A stretch of DNA of 55,483 nt, from contig NC_068990.1 in assembly GCF_001194135.2 (NCBI RefSeq), positions 48,544,509 to 48,599,991 on the forward strand, in the 5' to 3' direction. A program made the position numbers and the translations under genes. The notes below the pieces were generated by a model that worked only from the letters and a program-made list of their open reading frames with translations, was not told where the DNA came from and searched no databases. This DNA is from Octopus bimaculoides. Its lineage: Eukaryota. Position 1 is the stretch's first letter, and each line of letters opens with the position of its first letter. Below, one piece after another: positions 10,297 through 24,485 of this stretch.

Positions 10297-12178
10297 GTTA
10301 GCTGCTACAAGGGTAAGGGTGACGTGTGCATGTGTATGGGTGCATAATTGTTAGCTGCTACACAGGTAAGGTTGATGCATTAGATAGAAGCAACTTTAGA
10401 GGCATCATACTTTTGGATCAGATGATGAAAATTACAGAGAGAGTTATTGCCCAATTAATTAAGAGCAGAATTAGGCTAGAGAAAATGCAGTTCAGCTTTA
10501 TCTGGAGAAGAAGCACTACTGATGTTTTTTTCATAGTCAGTCAACTGCAAGAGAAGTACTTAGCTAAGAATAAGCCATTATACCTGGCATTCATTGATCT
10601 AGAGAAAGCCTTTGATAGAGTTCCTCGTTGTGTTATATGGTGGGTTCTGAGGAGACTAGGGATAGATGAGTGGTTGGTCAAAGCTGTACAGACCATGTAC
10701 AAAGACACTGTCTTTGTACAGTAATGTGAGAGTTAACCACAAGTACAGTGAAGAATTTGGTGTACAGGTATGGGTTCATCAAGGCTCAGTCCTTAGTCCC
10801 CTCCTTTTCAACACTGTCCTCCAGGCCACAACAAAGGAATTCAAAACCAGCAGCCCCTGGGAACTACTGTATGATGATGATCTTACCCTCATAGCAGATT
10901 CCATATAAGAGCTAAAAGAAAAATTCCAGGTGTGGAAGCAAAACCTGAAATCTAAGGGCCTTAAGATTAACTTAGCAAAGACTAAGGTCCTAGTAAGCAA
11001 GAAAACTGACAGGGCCCTACCACCTCCTCGGGTAGGTGGCCTTGTTTGATTTGTAGGAAAGGTGTAGGTAAGAACTCCATATGAGGAATCCAGTGCAAGC
11101 TATGAACACAGAAGAGGTGCAATGAGTTAATTAGGAGGTTATCAGAGAATATAGTTTTCATATGTGGAAGATGCACAGGGTCCATAAAAACTTTAGATAC
11201 TTAGAAAATCGATTTTCTTAAATGCCCTGGTGGTTCATTAGAGGAAATAGATAATTTCTGCTACCTGGGGGACCAAATTAGTAGTGGGGAGGATGCACGG
11301 AGAGTGTGATAGCTAGAATAAGAATAAGATGGAGGAAATTCAGAGAGCTGTTACCTCTGTTGACCACAAAAGGTTTCTCTCTCAGAGTGAAAGGAATATT
11401 GTATGATGCATGTATATGGACAATAATTCTACATGGTAGTAAGATGTGGTCCATGAATGCGGAGGACATGTGAAGGTTAGAAAAGAATGAGGCCAATATG
11501 CTCCGCTGGGTGTGTAATGTAAGTGTACATGTTTAACAGAGTGCCAGTGTTCTGAGAGAGAAGTCAAGCATAAGAGGAATTTGTTGTTGTGTGCAAGAGA
11601 GAAAACTGTGCTGGTTTGGTCATGTGATGCAGATGGATGCTGACAGTTCCATAAAGAAGTACTGATCTCTCAAAATGGATGAAACATGTGGAAGCAGGAG
11701 ACCCAGGAAGACATGGGATGAAGTACTGAAAAACAACCTCAGGAAGCTAAGCCTTTCAGGTGAGATGACAAAGGACCAAGATACCTGGCACCTTGCACCT
11801 ACTCAAGAAGACCTGTACCCTGCAGCAGAGGTGTTAAGACCAATCCTTTTGGTTGTGTAAAGCACCCATGGCAGTACCACATAAAAGCACCCATGCAGTG
11901 CCATGTAAAAGCACTTGTGTAGAAACACATAAAAGCGCCCATATGGCAACAAGCAAAAGCACCTGTGTGACATCATGCAAAAGCGCCTATGCAGCATTAC
12001 ATAAAAGCATCTATACAGTGCCACATAAAATTGCACAGGTGGTGCATGCAGCACACTCTGTAAAGTGGATGGCATTAAGAAGGGTATCCAGCTGTAAAAA
12101 CCAGGGTGCAGATCTTGCCAGCTCTGGTAACACCATCTAACCCATGCCAGCATTGACAACAGACGTTAAATGATGAAA
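10297..12178 (+). mobile_element. 5'-truncated RTE-clade LINE (RT, PHD-like segment, 3' UTR)
   Basis: SNFRGIILLDQ...LYLAFIDLEKAFDRVPR, HQGSVLSPLLF, LLYDDDL motifs; frameshifted; ends near cagacgttaaatgatga. Confidence 0.92.
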
Positions 12179-12377
12179 ATATGTCTTTTATCTTTTACTT
12201 GTTTCAGTCACTAGATTGTGGCCATGCTGGGGCACCACTTTGAAGGATGATTTTAATTGAACAAATCACCTCCAAGACTTATTTTCAAAGCCTAGTACTT
12301 ATTCTACCGGTCTCTTTGCCAAACTGCTAAGCCACAGGGGTGTAAACACACCATGTGTATGAGCGTGTATATATCAT

Positions 12378-12753
12378 GGCACTCCATCGGTTACAACAAT
12401 GAGGGTTCCAGTTGATCCAATCAATGGAACAGCCTACTCATGAAATTAATGTGCAAGTGACCGAGCACTCCACAGACACGTGTACCCATAACATAGTTCT
12501 CAGGGAGATTCAGCATGACACAGAGGGTGACAAGGCTGGCCCTTCGAAATACAGGTACAACAGAAACAGGAAGAAAAAGTGAAAGTTGTGGTGAAAGAGT
12601 ACAGCAGGGTTCACCACCACCACCCCCTGCTGGAGCCTCATGGAGATTTAGGTGTTTTCGCTCAATAAACATTCACAACGCCCGGTCTGGGAATCGAAAC
12701 TATGATCCTATGACTGCAAGTCTGCTGCCCTAACTACTGGGCCATTGTGCCTC

Positions 12754-12757
<4 letters not shown>
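12378..12757 (-). mobile_element. Composite tRNA-derived SINE (head H1 plus family B tail)
   Basis: Head and body match 52680-52877; tail matches 21460-21650 and 52430-52600. Confidence 0.75.
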
Positions 12758-12802
<45 letters not shown>

Positions 12803-13340
12803 CACACACACATATACATACATGTGTGTACTTGTATTTGTGTGTATTCATTCTTTCATTCAAAATCCATCTTTCCCTGTTTTTTGAATAGGGATTTTGG
12901 AACAGTAAGATTTTCTGGCCAGACACTCTTCCTGTCACCAACCCTTACCCATTTTTCAAGATAAGGAATTTTTATAAAGATATCTTCAGAAGTATAGAGC
13001 AATTGGTCATTTTGTCAACATCATTGTTTCAATCAAGCACGTTTGGAATATTAACATTCATGCCCCTTTGCATACATATACTCACATCATACCTGCATAC
13101 ATACTCAATAGTTACAGGTTATTATTTATAGCTTTAGCTATAAAGTAGTAAGTTCAGTTATTAAAAATGAATTATATATATGCGTGTGTGTTTTCCAAGA
13201 TTCCTGCAGTCTCCATCCACCAAATTCACTCACAGCCAGGGAGCAGAAGATACTCAAGATGCTATACAGTGGGATTGAACCTGAAACCACATGGTTGTGA
13301 AGTGAAGTTCTTAACCACACAGACAATTCCGACATCTATC

Positions 13341-13379
<39 letters not shown>

Positions 13380-14477
13380 AACACATATATATATACACAC
13401 CCATTTATGCATATACACACAGACTTCTGTATGTCTATAAATGTGTCAGTCATGGAATCATTTGATACATAAACACAGGTATAATGACATTAAATGCTGT
13501 ACAATGCATACGTGAGACAACAAAAGTCTGAAATAATTCTCATTCATCTTCACTTCATTGCAGCAAATCTCAGCTTAACTTGTTGAAAACTAGTTCATAC
13601 ATCTCTCAGCTTCTACACTTAAAGTGTTGTTCTAATTTGACATCAGACAGATTTGCTTGATATTTGAATCTTAAGAACATGGGTTTAGAAAATAAGGACT
13701 CACACTGATGTATACAGATGACATTTTCAAAATATATTTTCTCAACATTCACTACTTATTCTATTACGTCTTATCATTCGTTTGTATTCTGAAAATGTGA
13801 ATTGTTTTTCAAGAGCATTTAAATGATGTACTATAGGTTTATAATTTCCATTTTCAAATCATTAGTGATCACAGGAAAGGTGAAATAATTGACATCTTGT
13901 CATTATTCATTCAAGTAAAATGATTAATAGTGTAAAATGAAATGGAAAGTGAATAATTCAGAAAATTCATGAAAGTCATTCAATATTTAATTCAAGCAGG
14001 AATGAATGTTCATGATGATGGGAAGCAGGAATGGGAGGGGGGAGAGAATTACATAGTCACTCAATCAGCATATTAGAAATAGCAGCCAAATCGTCCTTTC
14101 AAATCATACTCTGCTGCAAGGGTTCTCAAATTGGGGATGATATTGACACAACTGACTTTAAGTAAATCAACAACCAATTATGAACATTGGTCTGTACAAA
14201 TTGATATTTAGAAGAAACTTTTACATTGACATCCTCCAAATTAAGTGAAGTGTGACAATGATTTTCTGTAAATGTATATTATTTATGGGGAAAAAGTTTC
14301 ACTTTGAGAATCATGTTAACATAATCTCAAAATTTTAGAATTCATTGAAAACTGTCATTAAGTTCAGCTTAATTGCTAAATGTCCAAGATTAAACAAGTT
14401 TTATCAACTATTTTTCATTTACAGATTATAGGCAACTCCCTCATTGCGGAAGCATTGTGTTCATAAAAATTTTGAGT

Positions 14478-14870
14478 GTGGCATGTGGTAAGTAGTTTGT
14501 TTCCCTACCACATGGTCCCAGATTCAGTCCTGCTGTGACACCGTGGGCAAGTGACTTCTACTGCAACCCAAGGTCAACAAAAGCCTTAAGAGTGGATTTG
14601 GTAGCTGGAAACTGAAAGAAGTATGTCATATATGTATATACATTTATATGAATATATTTATGTACATGTGCCTTTGTGTTTGTCTCCCACCACTGCCTGA
14701 TAACTGGTGTTGGTTTATTTACTTAGCAGTTTGACAAAGAGACTGATAGAATAAGTACCAGGCTTTAAAAAATAAGTAGTAGGGTTGATTCGTTTGACCA
14801 AAACACTTCAAAGCAGTGCCCCAGCATGGCTGCAGTCCAGTGATTGAAATCAGTAAATGGTAAGATAACC
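14478..14870 (+). mobile_element. Family A SINE
   Basis: Matches the other family A copies. Confidence 0.75.
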
Positions 14871-17064
14871 TGGAATTTCATCAAGTGAAATGTAGTTTCT
14901 CTTTAAATTTGCACTCATTGACTTTCATATAGCATAAAAGTCAACAGGGAAAATAGGTTTCATAGTTCAGTGCTCTACTTTATGGCATAATGTGCAAGAA
15001 CACAGTGCTTCTGAAATTCAGGAAATACTTGTAAAATATAATTTGTTTATAGATGACAGGAATTGTGACATGGCTAGGCCTTTTAATTACAGGCCCATGA
15101 TCAAATTATAGTGTAATTTGGCTGAGTATTCCATAGATATATGTGGTCTTAATGTAATTCTGGGACAAAATCAGTGTGGCACATGATGGACATAGCTACA
15201 GTTTCAATTGAATGTTTCTCAAAGATTAAGAAAAATACACCATTCGCTGAATAAATTGTGGAAAATCACAGCAAAAGTAAACTAAATATCAAATGAATAA
15301 TTCTATTGACAAGGAGCTGTGGATTACTGTGGGTCACAGGTTTCTTCATTCCACCCCCTTATTGGTTACATATTTGGTGTGAGACTAGGTTGGCTCTTTA
15401 AATTAGTTGTAATTCATTTGGCACGGTTCCACACAGTTTCTTTTTAACCAATGCTTTGGCCACCTGATAGATTAACTACTAAGTCACTCACCAATGTGAT
15501 TCATCCTCTGATACCCAGACATTCTCTGTCCCATCTCTCTGCCATTTCTTCTGCTGCTATACGGCTTCTGCTCCTTGCAATTAGCTGAGCTCACCTCACC
15601 TACTCTCAAACGTTGCCGTCTCACTTACCTCTTCTCTTCTCATCATCCTTCTAATGTCCACCACCACCTCACACCCACCTGAGCAAAATACTTTACATTC
15701 TGAGTTCAAATTCCACCTAGGTTGACTTTGCCTTTCATCCTTTGAGGGTTGATAAAATAAGTACTAGTTAAATGTGTAACCAGTTCACTTGATCATACAA
15801 CTGGAGTGGTCATCCTAGAAACAGATGAAGATCCATCTCCTTTAGTTTGTGTTTACTTATACACATCAGCAAATGAGCCAATGAGGTACTCTTTGTATGG
15901 TTGTTCAATTTGCTAGAAATAACAGCCAAATCTCCCTCACACTATGCTCTAACATTTTTAAAATGAAGGATACATTAAATAATGTTGTCCTACATCTGCA
16001 ATAAAAATACAGAATGGCTCATTCTGGCCTGGCTTGGGTTTAAACTGAAAGGCATTCATTGCAATGAATAGAAAACTTCACAAAATATATGTAAAATATA
16101 TATGAAAAATATGTATGATATTAAGACAATCAACGAAAAATATCTACAATAAAATTTTAATTGATAAATATAAATTTTTATCAAAACAAAACACGTGGGT
16201 AAAGTAAATCTTGTGGTGTGAAGTGAAACACAACACAATATGCGATTGTCATAGTAACAAGCTGTTAATGCTTCGCTGTCTGTTAATTGGCTAAAACTAC
16301 CCAAATTTTCCCAGCTTTAATTCCAAATAACATCAGATTCTTTAATTTACAAGATTGGTAAACCAAGTAATTAGTTGATCATAATCAAAATTCAGAGTTG
16401 CATCGATACATCAAAATTGAAAGCAATCTGAGCAAAGTTAAAGGAGGCTGATTCTGTGAATCAATTTAACTAGATCCAAAGGACCCATGAGATGGTTTTG
16501 TTTACTAGTTAAGACCCCTTTAATTTCATGTCATTATTGATCAAGCAGACCTATGTTCAAAGGCATTGCAGCTGTGACCAACCAGTCTTTTATCCTGGTA
16601 TTGTTTATCTAGAACTACATTATTCAATGAGTCCTGCTAGTTTTAAGATGGGAGGATGTTGTTTGAGGAAGATTTAGTTATTATTTTTCACAAGTTGAGT
16701 GACCATAAAAAGACTTCCTCATTGGCCCACAGTTACAGCATTGATGGTGGTGGATCCAGTGTTGGAGGTAATGATGAGCATTAAGTAGTTCAATCAACAG
16801 ACTTACTTATTTGTTAAACTAATTTATTATGTTACTGATTTATTCCATACATGTTCCCTTATTGTAATTCTCAGACAGAATTAGTGATGTAATGTGTGTC
16901 AAGGCCAGACTGTTCAGTAACAAGAACAATCCATCTGACAGACTTTCACAGGCTTCTAGTTTTACTCACAAGACTTGGGTCAACCCTCAACTGTTTTCTA
17001 TGTAGGGTATATTTTCATTCCACTGGTCCTCAACCACTGAAGGCTGAAACTATAAGACATTTAA

Positions 17065-17285
17065 CCCTTTAGCATTTAAACCGGCCATATCCGGCCAAAA
17101 GTATTCTGCCTGTTTTATGTTCAAACTGGCTAGATCTGGTCTCTCACACCAACCCTACAATATTGTTTTAAAAATTAACAGCTACCTCATCAAAATCTCA
17201 TAGCTACAAGATAATGTGTGATTAGTTCAAAACAATATAGATGAAAAAGCATTCATTTTAGCAGAATAATGCGAACACTAAAGGG
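17065..17285. mobile_element. piggyBac-type MITE
   Basis: TTAA at 17061-17064 and 17286-17289; CCCTTTAG...CTAAAGGG termini; 221 bp. Confidence 0.88.
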
Positions 17286-19316
17286 TTAATGAATTGGAAA
17301 TTGTAAACAAAGACACTGTTTTTACCCAGACAGTGTTAATGAGGATGTGTGGAATAACATCCACATACACACTCACACAAACAACAAACTTCTTATTTTC
17401 CATCACCCAATTCCATTCATAAGACATTGCTTGTCTCGAGGCTATAGTAGTCAAGGGTATCACACAGTAGGGATTGAGCCCAGAACCATATAGTTGATAA
17501 GAAAACTTCATAAACACACAGCCATACCATTAGCTTAGATATTTAAAAAATAACCTCCTCACAAATAAGAATCATAGAAAAAACTTTAATATACATAACA
17601 TAGAAATAGTTATGGGGCCTGTACCTCTCTTATTGATCAAATATTACATCAAAAAGTAAAATAAAATAAATCAACTAGTTAAAAACCAGTTCTTGGTCAC
17701 AAATCATCATTAACAATTAAGCTGACTAATTAATTATAATCTAGTGAAATGTAGTCATTTCAATAGTTCTAGGACAGAACTGGGAAGTGTGTTGATCAAA
17801 CACCTTACTAACAATTCTATGTTTATCTTATTAAGTACTATTGTGACAGACAGGAAGAAATAGACACTATTTATTCTATTGGTACCATTTTTATAAGACA
17901 TGCACAATCAAAAATAGGAAATTGCATTCATGTAGCAGCAGCAGAAGAAAATCAATAGAGAGTGAGGGAATAGCATTTCTTCAAATCTTGTTAGTGAATG
18001 AATTATTCACAGAGCAAGAATGCAAATGTTTAAGGGGTTTACTTAAGTCCATATGCCAATGAAATGTTGCTGTGTAGGTTCAACAAACATGGCTGTGTTA
18101 TTTCAAAACTCACTTCCCAATCACATGGTTTCAGACTCCATTCCACTGTGTGTAGTACTTTCTCCTACTATAGCCTTGCACTGACCAATGTCTTGTGAGT
18201 AAAATCTGGTAGATGGAAACTCTACAGAAACGTGTGTGTGTGTATGCATGCATGCATGCATGTACCTGCACATTGTATCGTCACATAGAAATCATTTGAC
18301 TGCAACTGTAAACATCTTCCATATGACCTGTGGTTCATTGGCTGCAACTCTGAACAACTCCAATATGTCCTGTGACTCAGTAGTCTAATGACCAGTAGAT
18401 AAAAAAATACCTTATTTGAAAAGCAAGTATTGGTCAATGACATGAAAAACATCCACCTGCAGGAGTTTCATTCAATATCCAACCCATGCCAGAATGGAAA
18501 AAGCAAATGTAAAAAGGGGGCAAAAATCTTCTGCTATAGCCCCAGATGGACCAAAGTGTTGTAAGTGAATGTGGTTCATGGAAACTGGAAGACTGTCATG
18601 CATGCATGTATGTACAAATATGAATGTGTGTGTGTGTGTGTGTGTATAATCTTTTTGTAACAGTTATAATTATGGCAAGCAGTGCTGCTGTTTTCAGTAC
18701 TCCTGTCAACAAATCATTTAGTCACTTCATGCTATCACAGCCATGAGGAATAAGAGATCTCTTACTTGAAAAGCAGGTAAAGGTTAGCATCAGGAAGAGC
18801 ATCTGTCTGTAAGACAATGCCTAACATAATAACATAGTCAACCAATACATGCAAGCATAGAAAATCATCATTACTATCATCATTGTTTAACATCTGTCTT
18901 TCATGCTAGCATGGGTTGAAATGTTTGACTGGATCTAATGAGCCAGAGAAGTGCATCATGCATGTTTTGGCAAGGTTTCTATGACTAGATGCTCTTCATA
19001 AAATCAAACAAGCACACTTTATAGAGTGTACTGGGCACTTTTTTGTGGTGCCAGCAGCAGTGGAGTAGCCATGTAATTTAAAAGACTAAAGGTCTGTCAC
19101 AACTAAACAGGAGTACAATAGACAGAAAGGGAGCTTTATGTGCTGAAAGGAAGGGTAGGAACAAATTTCTTGCTGTAGAGAAGATACATGGTTATTTCAT
19201 GTAATAAGAGTGTATGAGAGTAATTAGAGTGGGGGATGATAAGAGAGGTAAAGATGGTAATAAGAAGTAAAAGAACATGAATTTTTTTTTTAAATGTAAA
19301 ACAAATGAACAATCCA

Positions 19317-19383
<67 letters not shown>

Positions 19384-21317
19384 TGTGTATATGTGTGTGT
19401 ATGCATGCATATGTGTGTGTGCAAGCAAGTTTGTAATACTGCTCTTTTTCTCTTGTATCCACTGTTTATAAACAAAAGCATCATTGTTCATAAAGCTGTG
19501 TTGTTCTCTTGCAGTCCACCACTAAAAGCATATCCTGGCTTCTTCACATGTCCTGACATGTTTTGTGATCTTTGTAGACAAAAAGGTCCATTCAAACAGC
19601 GTTGATTGTTTTCATTTCTCTCCAGGTAACTATATCCAGGCTGTTTATTTTTTGCTAGACTGGGAGACTATTACCCTGCTTGGAAAGAGATAAGGGTAAG
19701 CACCAGGAAGGGCATCTGGCTATAGGAAATACTACCCCAACTTAGTCTCATTTGACCCATGCAAGCAAGGAAATCTAGACACTGAGACAATGACATAAGA
19801 TATATGTGTGACATAGTATATGTACAATATGGTATATGTGTGTATGTTTACACAGTATGTTTGCATGTATGTAACAAGCCCGTCACTAGGTACTAATCAC
19901 AGAGACTCAGCAAGTGGTACTTGTGTTGTACAAGTGTTTTTCATTATAATCCTTTGATGTACAGAGGTCTCTTTATTGTGACCTCATTTGTCATTGTCTA
20001 CTGAAAGTCTTATGATAACGGATAACGAGTGTAGATTAGCCAGCTGGAAACATACAGTTATGCAGTGGGACTGAATGGTCATCTGAGAGGTCAAAGAAAG
20101 TCAGTAATACCATAAGGAAGCAAAAAAGAAATGGCTATCATCTGTGAAGATGGAACAATTACCATGCATGCATGTGTATGTATGTATATATGTAACATTC
20201 ATTACTAGCAATTAAGGAAAATTTAGTATCAGCATGTATCCTACTTTCATTAATGGCTTTAGATATCTTCTTGCCCACCTCCTGCCCTTTGATCCAGCAG
20301 AACAGTCAGGATAGTACTATAGAATGAACAGCCAAGTTTATCTCAGCAAGATTTGAACTCAGAGCAGAAGGAACCAGAATAAGTATTGCAAGACATTCAC
20401 CTGACACACTAATGACTAAGCAAATCGACCACCCAATCATCAGCTGATATAACAAAAACTTGCAATGTGCACTGGAGCAGTAACTGTTATTAATAAATTA
20501 ATGTCCAGTGAACACAACTGATATATAGATAATAAATATCATTATAAAAAGGTTAGCAAAAGCTATCTAAAAGATTAATTTTAAATTTCATAGAAATATG
20601 TTAAAGAAGGGCACTTCATAGCTTTGAAAAAAAATTGAACTGTAGGTAAATTATATAAAAATTTTGACAAAGTAGACTATATAATATTTACCTTAAATCA
20701 TTTCAAGAGATACATTGTTTTTTCTGTATATAGACTGGTTAAAAACTAAATATCTCTCAAGCTCTCTTCAGGAAAGAGAAGTTTGAGAAACAGCACTTAG
20801 ATATGATTTCATAGCATGGAGATAAGAGATAGATCTCTCTTTGAATAAGACAGCAGATTTCGTATGTGTTCCTAAGCTCAATGAACTGAGGTAATATTGT
20901 GTTATATCTAGAAACAACAAAATACAAACAGTGAATTTAAACTCAACATCCTTTGATGATTAGCCTATAAGTTTGTCCAGTTGGTTATCTCATCTCAACA
21001 CAGATTTTAACTTAATTTTTATTAATCACTGAAATTTTCTGATTTTCTGCTCTCCAGTGTTGGTCCTTTTACTGAACAATTAAAAATTTCTTTAAACCAT
21101 TTTTTTTTTTTGCTCTTTAAAAAAGCAAAATCAGCTCCAGAACAATTAATTTTTCAAAGTAAAACTGGCATTTGATTCCTTTATTTTTAACTTGGCAAGC
21201 TTCGTGATCAATTTGTCCTGACACTTAGCCTAGCAAAATTAAACTGAACTACTACTTGACTAAACTCAAGTGAAGCATATTAAATCAGTTAGGGTTAACT
21301 ATGTATCTACACTTGTA

Positions 21318-21650
21318 TGTGCAGGTGTGTGGCTTAGTGTATAGGGTGTTTGGTTCACGATCATAAGGTCATGAGTTTGATTCCTGCGAGCACATTGTCT
21401 CCTTGAGCAAGACACTTTATTTCACATTGTTCCAGTCCACTCAGCTGGCAAAAATGAGTAATGCCTGTACTTCAAAGGGCCAGCCTTGTCACATTCTGTG
21501 TCATGCTGAATCTCCCTGAGAATTACATTAAGGATACGCATGTCTGTTGAGGGCTCAGCCACTTGCACATTAATTTCACAAGTAGGCTTTCTATTAATCA
21601 AGCCAACTGGAACACTCATCGTCATAACTGACAGAGAGCCAGGGCATGAG
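21318..21650 (+). mobile_element. tRNA-derived SINE, family B
   Basis: Box A/B-like head (tggcttagtg...ggtcatgagtttgattcc). Body matches 52335-52600; partial copies at 45415 and 24708. Confidence 0.8.
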
Positions 21651-23507
21651 CAGGCAAAGTTTCCATTTTGAGGAAGACTAGCAACTACCTATGCATACAA
21701 GCCTCTCTCCACAGAAATGGCAAAATGAGGGCCTATACCCCTTGACACTAGTGCCATTGCTGTCAGGGTACTGAGAGTGAGAACAGATACTATAATGCGC
21801 AACAAAAATCTAACAATACACCATTCACTGCTCTGGATTGGCACTTTATTGTACCAGCCCCAGAAGGAATAAAAGACAATGTTGACCTCAGCAAGATTTG
21901 AACTCAAAGCACAGACAGTCAGGACCAGTACAACAAGGCTGTCTTTATTCAACATTCTTACAACTGCCAAATCGTTACAGAAGCACACAAAATACAAATG
22001 TGTACATTGTCTAAATTGCAGCTTGTATTATTTGAAGACCAACACTAGTAGTGCCCTATGCCATTAAGGATCCAGCTATGAAGCAGTTTTACTAGGGATT
22101 TCAGTTAATCTATCCCAATCTTATTGGTTACTAATAGTGTTAGATTTTTTTGTTTTTCTTCTGCTGATATCAAAAGATAGTCTGTCATATTCCATCATTC
22201 TGTATGTCAATAGAAGGGATGGGACAATTTATACAGGTTGTAACTATTATTTAGCAAAGCATTAAATACAAATAGCCAGACTGAATAAACAATAAAACAT
22301 CTCTAGCTGTTTTTAATGTATCAACAGTATAAACCTTTTCCAATGGTTTTCAACATCAAAAGATTAAAGCTACATTTCTCATTGCCCAATCGATATGAGG
22401 ATCAATACAATTCATCAATAGCAAATACATTTATCAATGTTCCACTTGGAAAGATTTAAATTGATGTTACTAGAAACCAATTGGGCAGTGGTGACATTAA
22501 AATCACAAGGCCTTGGTTAAAAACACTGGTGTCTATACAAAAAGAAAGGCAAGTTATTCAATTAAATGAATAGTTATTGGAATGGAACATCTGGTTCCCC
22601 CTCATATTTTTAGTTAACTACTTTGCACTTAAATTACCCTTGTACCTTGGTGACTTATATTACTTGTTTGAATATTATTTGTACATTGTAAAGCAGTTTG
22701 TCTAGGCTTATAGATTTAAAATAACAAATAAGAAATAGTTCCATCATAATACTTCCACCTATAAAAAGTATTGCACTGAAAACAGTCATTACCCAACATT
22801 GGCAAGTAAATCAGACTTTATAAATTTTCATTACTCCATTTTGCATGTATCTTCTCATTCATAAGTAACAGCTATTGTTCTAATTCTCAAGTGACATTTT
22901 AACTCACATGAATACAAGCTTCCCATAAAATATGTATTATTCATATATATCACATTATAGTCAACTGATTGTTTGCCATCTTTTACCAGTTTTCTGTTTA
23001 TACAAGTCTCATTGTGTGTCATTTTCTATGGTCATCCCAAAAGCAAGCTGAGATAAAAAGTGACAAGAAGAGAAAAGAATAGAAATTATTTTGAAGAAGA
23101 CAACCAGTTGTCCATGCATGCAAGTCTCCTATTTCCTTTGCCACTGATATTGTCCAAGGGAAAGAGAAGGTCCAATACAACTTGCACAACTGTTGTCACA
23201 GGTATTACAGTTAAATGGCAAAGAGCCAGAACTGATGCTGCAAGAGATTACACCCAACACTTTCACAGTCTCTCTCCCTCTATAATCACTTGGAAAAGTT
23301 TTAATTGATACTGCTACAGACAAACTACTGTGGGCAGTGGTGACATTAAAAACACAAGTCCTTGGTTAAAAACACTTGTGTCTGTACAGTGAAAATCAAG
23401 TTATTCAATTAAATGTACAATTATTGAAATGAGATGTCTAGTTCCCTTTGTCTTTGAGAAAGGGGACCATCATCATCAGGAAATGAACAAAATAAAATTA
23501 TGCTTAC

Positions 23508-23720
23508 ATATTTTTGAAGCAGAAAATACATGTCCAACCACCACTGAAGAGAGCAACACGGCAGTTTTTGCACATCTTGAAATGACAGTTTGGGCATATT
23601 TCACCCTTGTTAAAAATAACGCCCAGTGGAGAATGACAACGGGCACACAATCGGGATGAATCATCTCCATCTCGTAAAATTCCTTTCATACGAATGTCCT
23701 GGATTTCATTTTTCAGCTCA
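23508..23720 (-). CDS. SYTL5: Synaptotagmin-like protein (SYTL4/5-type) zinc-finger exon of the Rab-binding Slp homology domain
   Basis: tttctgctcttttctAG/T GAG CTG...AAT AT/GTAAGC, 213 nt, phase 2-2. Translates ELKNEIQDIRMKGILRDGDDSSRLCARCHSPLGVIFNKGEICPNCHFKMCKNCRVALFSGGWTCIFCFKN with four CxxC pairs. Resembles SYTL5 LKNELL...CVHCHRNLGLIFDRGDPC as I recall it. Confidence 0.92.
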
Positions 23721-24067
23721 CTAGAAAAGAGCAGAAACAAAAGTAAAAATTAGATTTGCAGAACAATTGAAAAATATCATTTATGATAAAGATGTTCAAA
23801 GAAATATTTATAAGTAACACATAAAGAAATCATTTCCTGTAAAGAAAATGGTTGGCACTAGAAATAACTTTTACAGGAGTCTATTAAAATAAAGTCAAAA
23901 TAAAAGTAAAACTAAAATAGTGATCAACAAATCAACTGTGGAGTGGAAAAAGATCAGTCATGGATATTCTTAAAACCAAATCATTAAATCTGACTCCAGA
24001 AAGTTTCAAACTTCAAAACCGCATTCCTCTTTGGTGGCAAATAAAAGAAATCATTATTACTATTATT

Positions 24068-24485
24068 AATAAGGCAGCGAGCTAGCAGAATCGTTAGCAC
24101 GTTGGATAAAATGCTTAGTGGTAATTTGCCTGTCACTACCTTTTGAGTTCAAATTCCACCAAGGTTGACTTAGCCTTTTATCCTTTTGGAGACAATAAAT
24201 TAAGTACCAGTGAAACACTGGGGTCGATGTAATCGACTAGTCCCCTCCCTGCAAATTTCAGGCCTTGTGCCTATAGTAGAAAGGATTATTATCATTATTA
24301 ATAAAGCGGCAAGCTGATAGAATTATTAGAATTCAAACTCCAGTGAGATCAACTTTGCCTTTCATCCTTTCAGAATTTATGAAATAAGTACCAGCTGCAC
24401 ACTGGAGTCAATGCAATCAACTAGTGCCCACCCTATAAATTTCAGGGTCTTTTTGCCTATAGTAAAAAAGATTATTATTATTAAT
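24068..24485 (+). mobile_element. Two adjacent family C SINEs (gagttcaaattcc...gactttgcctttcatcct)
   Basis: Repeated unit; other copies near 15700, 20300, 21800, 25910, 31220, 31700-31985, 44240 and 55000. Confidence 0.75.

Noticed and set aside
15630-15680. Minus-strand 50-nt exon-like segment with a strong GTAAGT donor
   Set aside because: Frameshifting length, weak pyrimidine tract, and lies in repeat-like sequence.
16130-16410. Small CpG cluster with CACGTG as a possible internal promoter
   Set aside because: Only about five CpGs and no splice donor; too weak to call.
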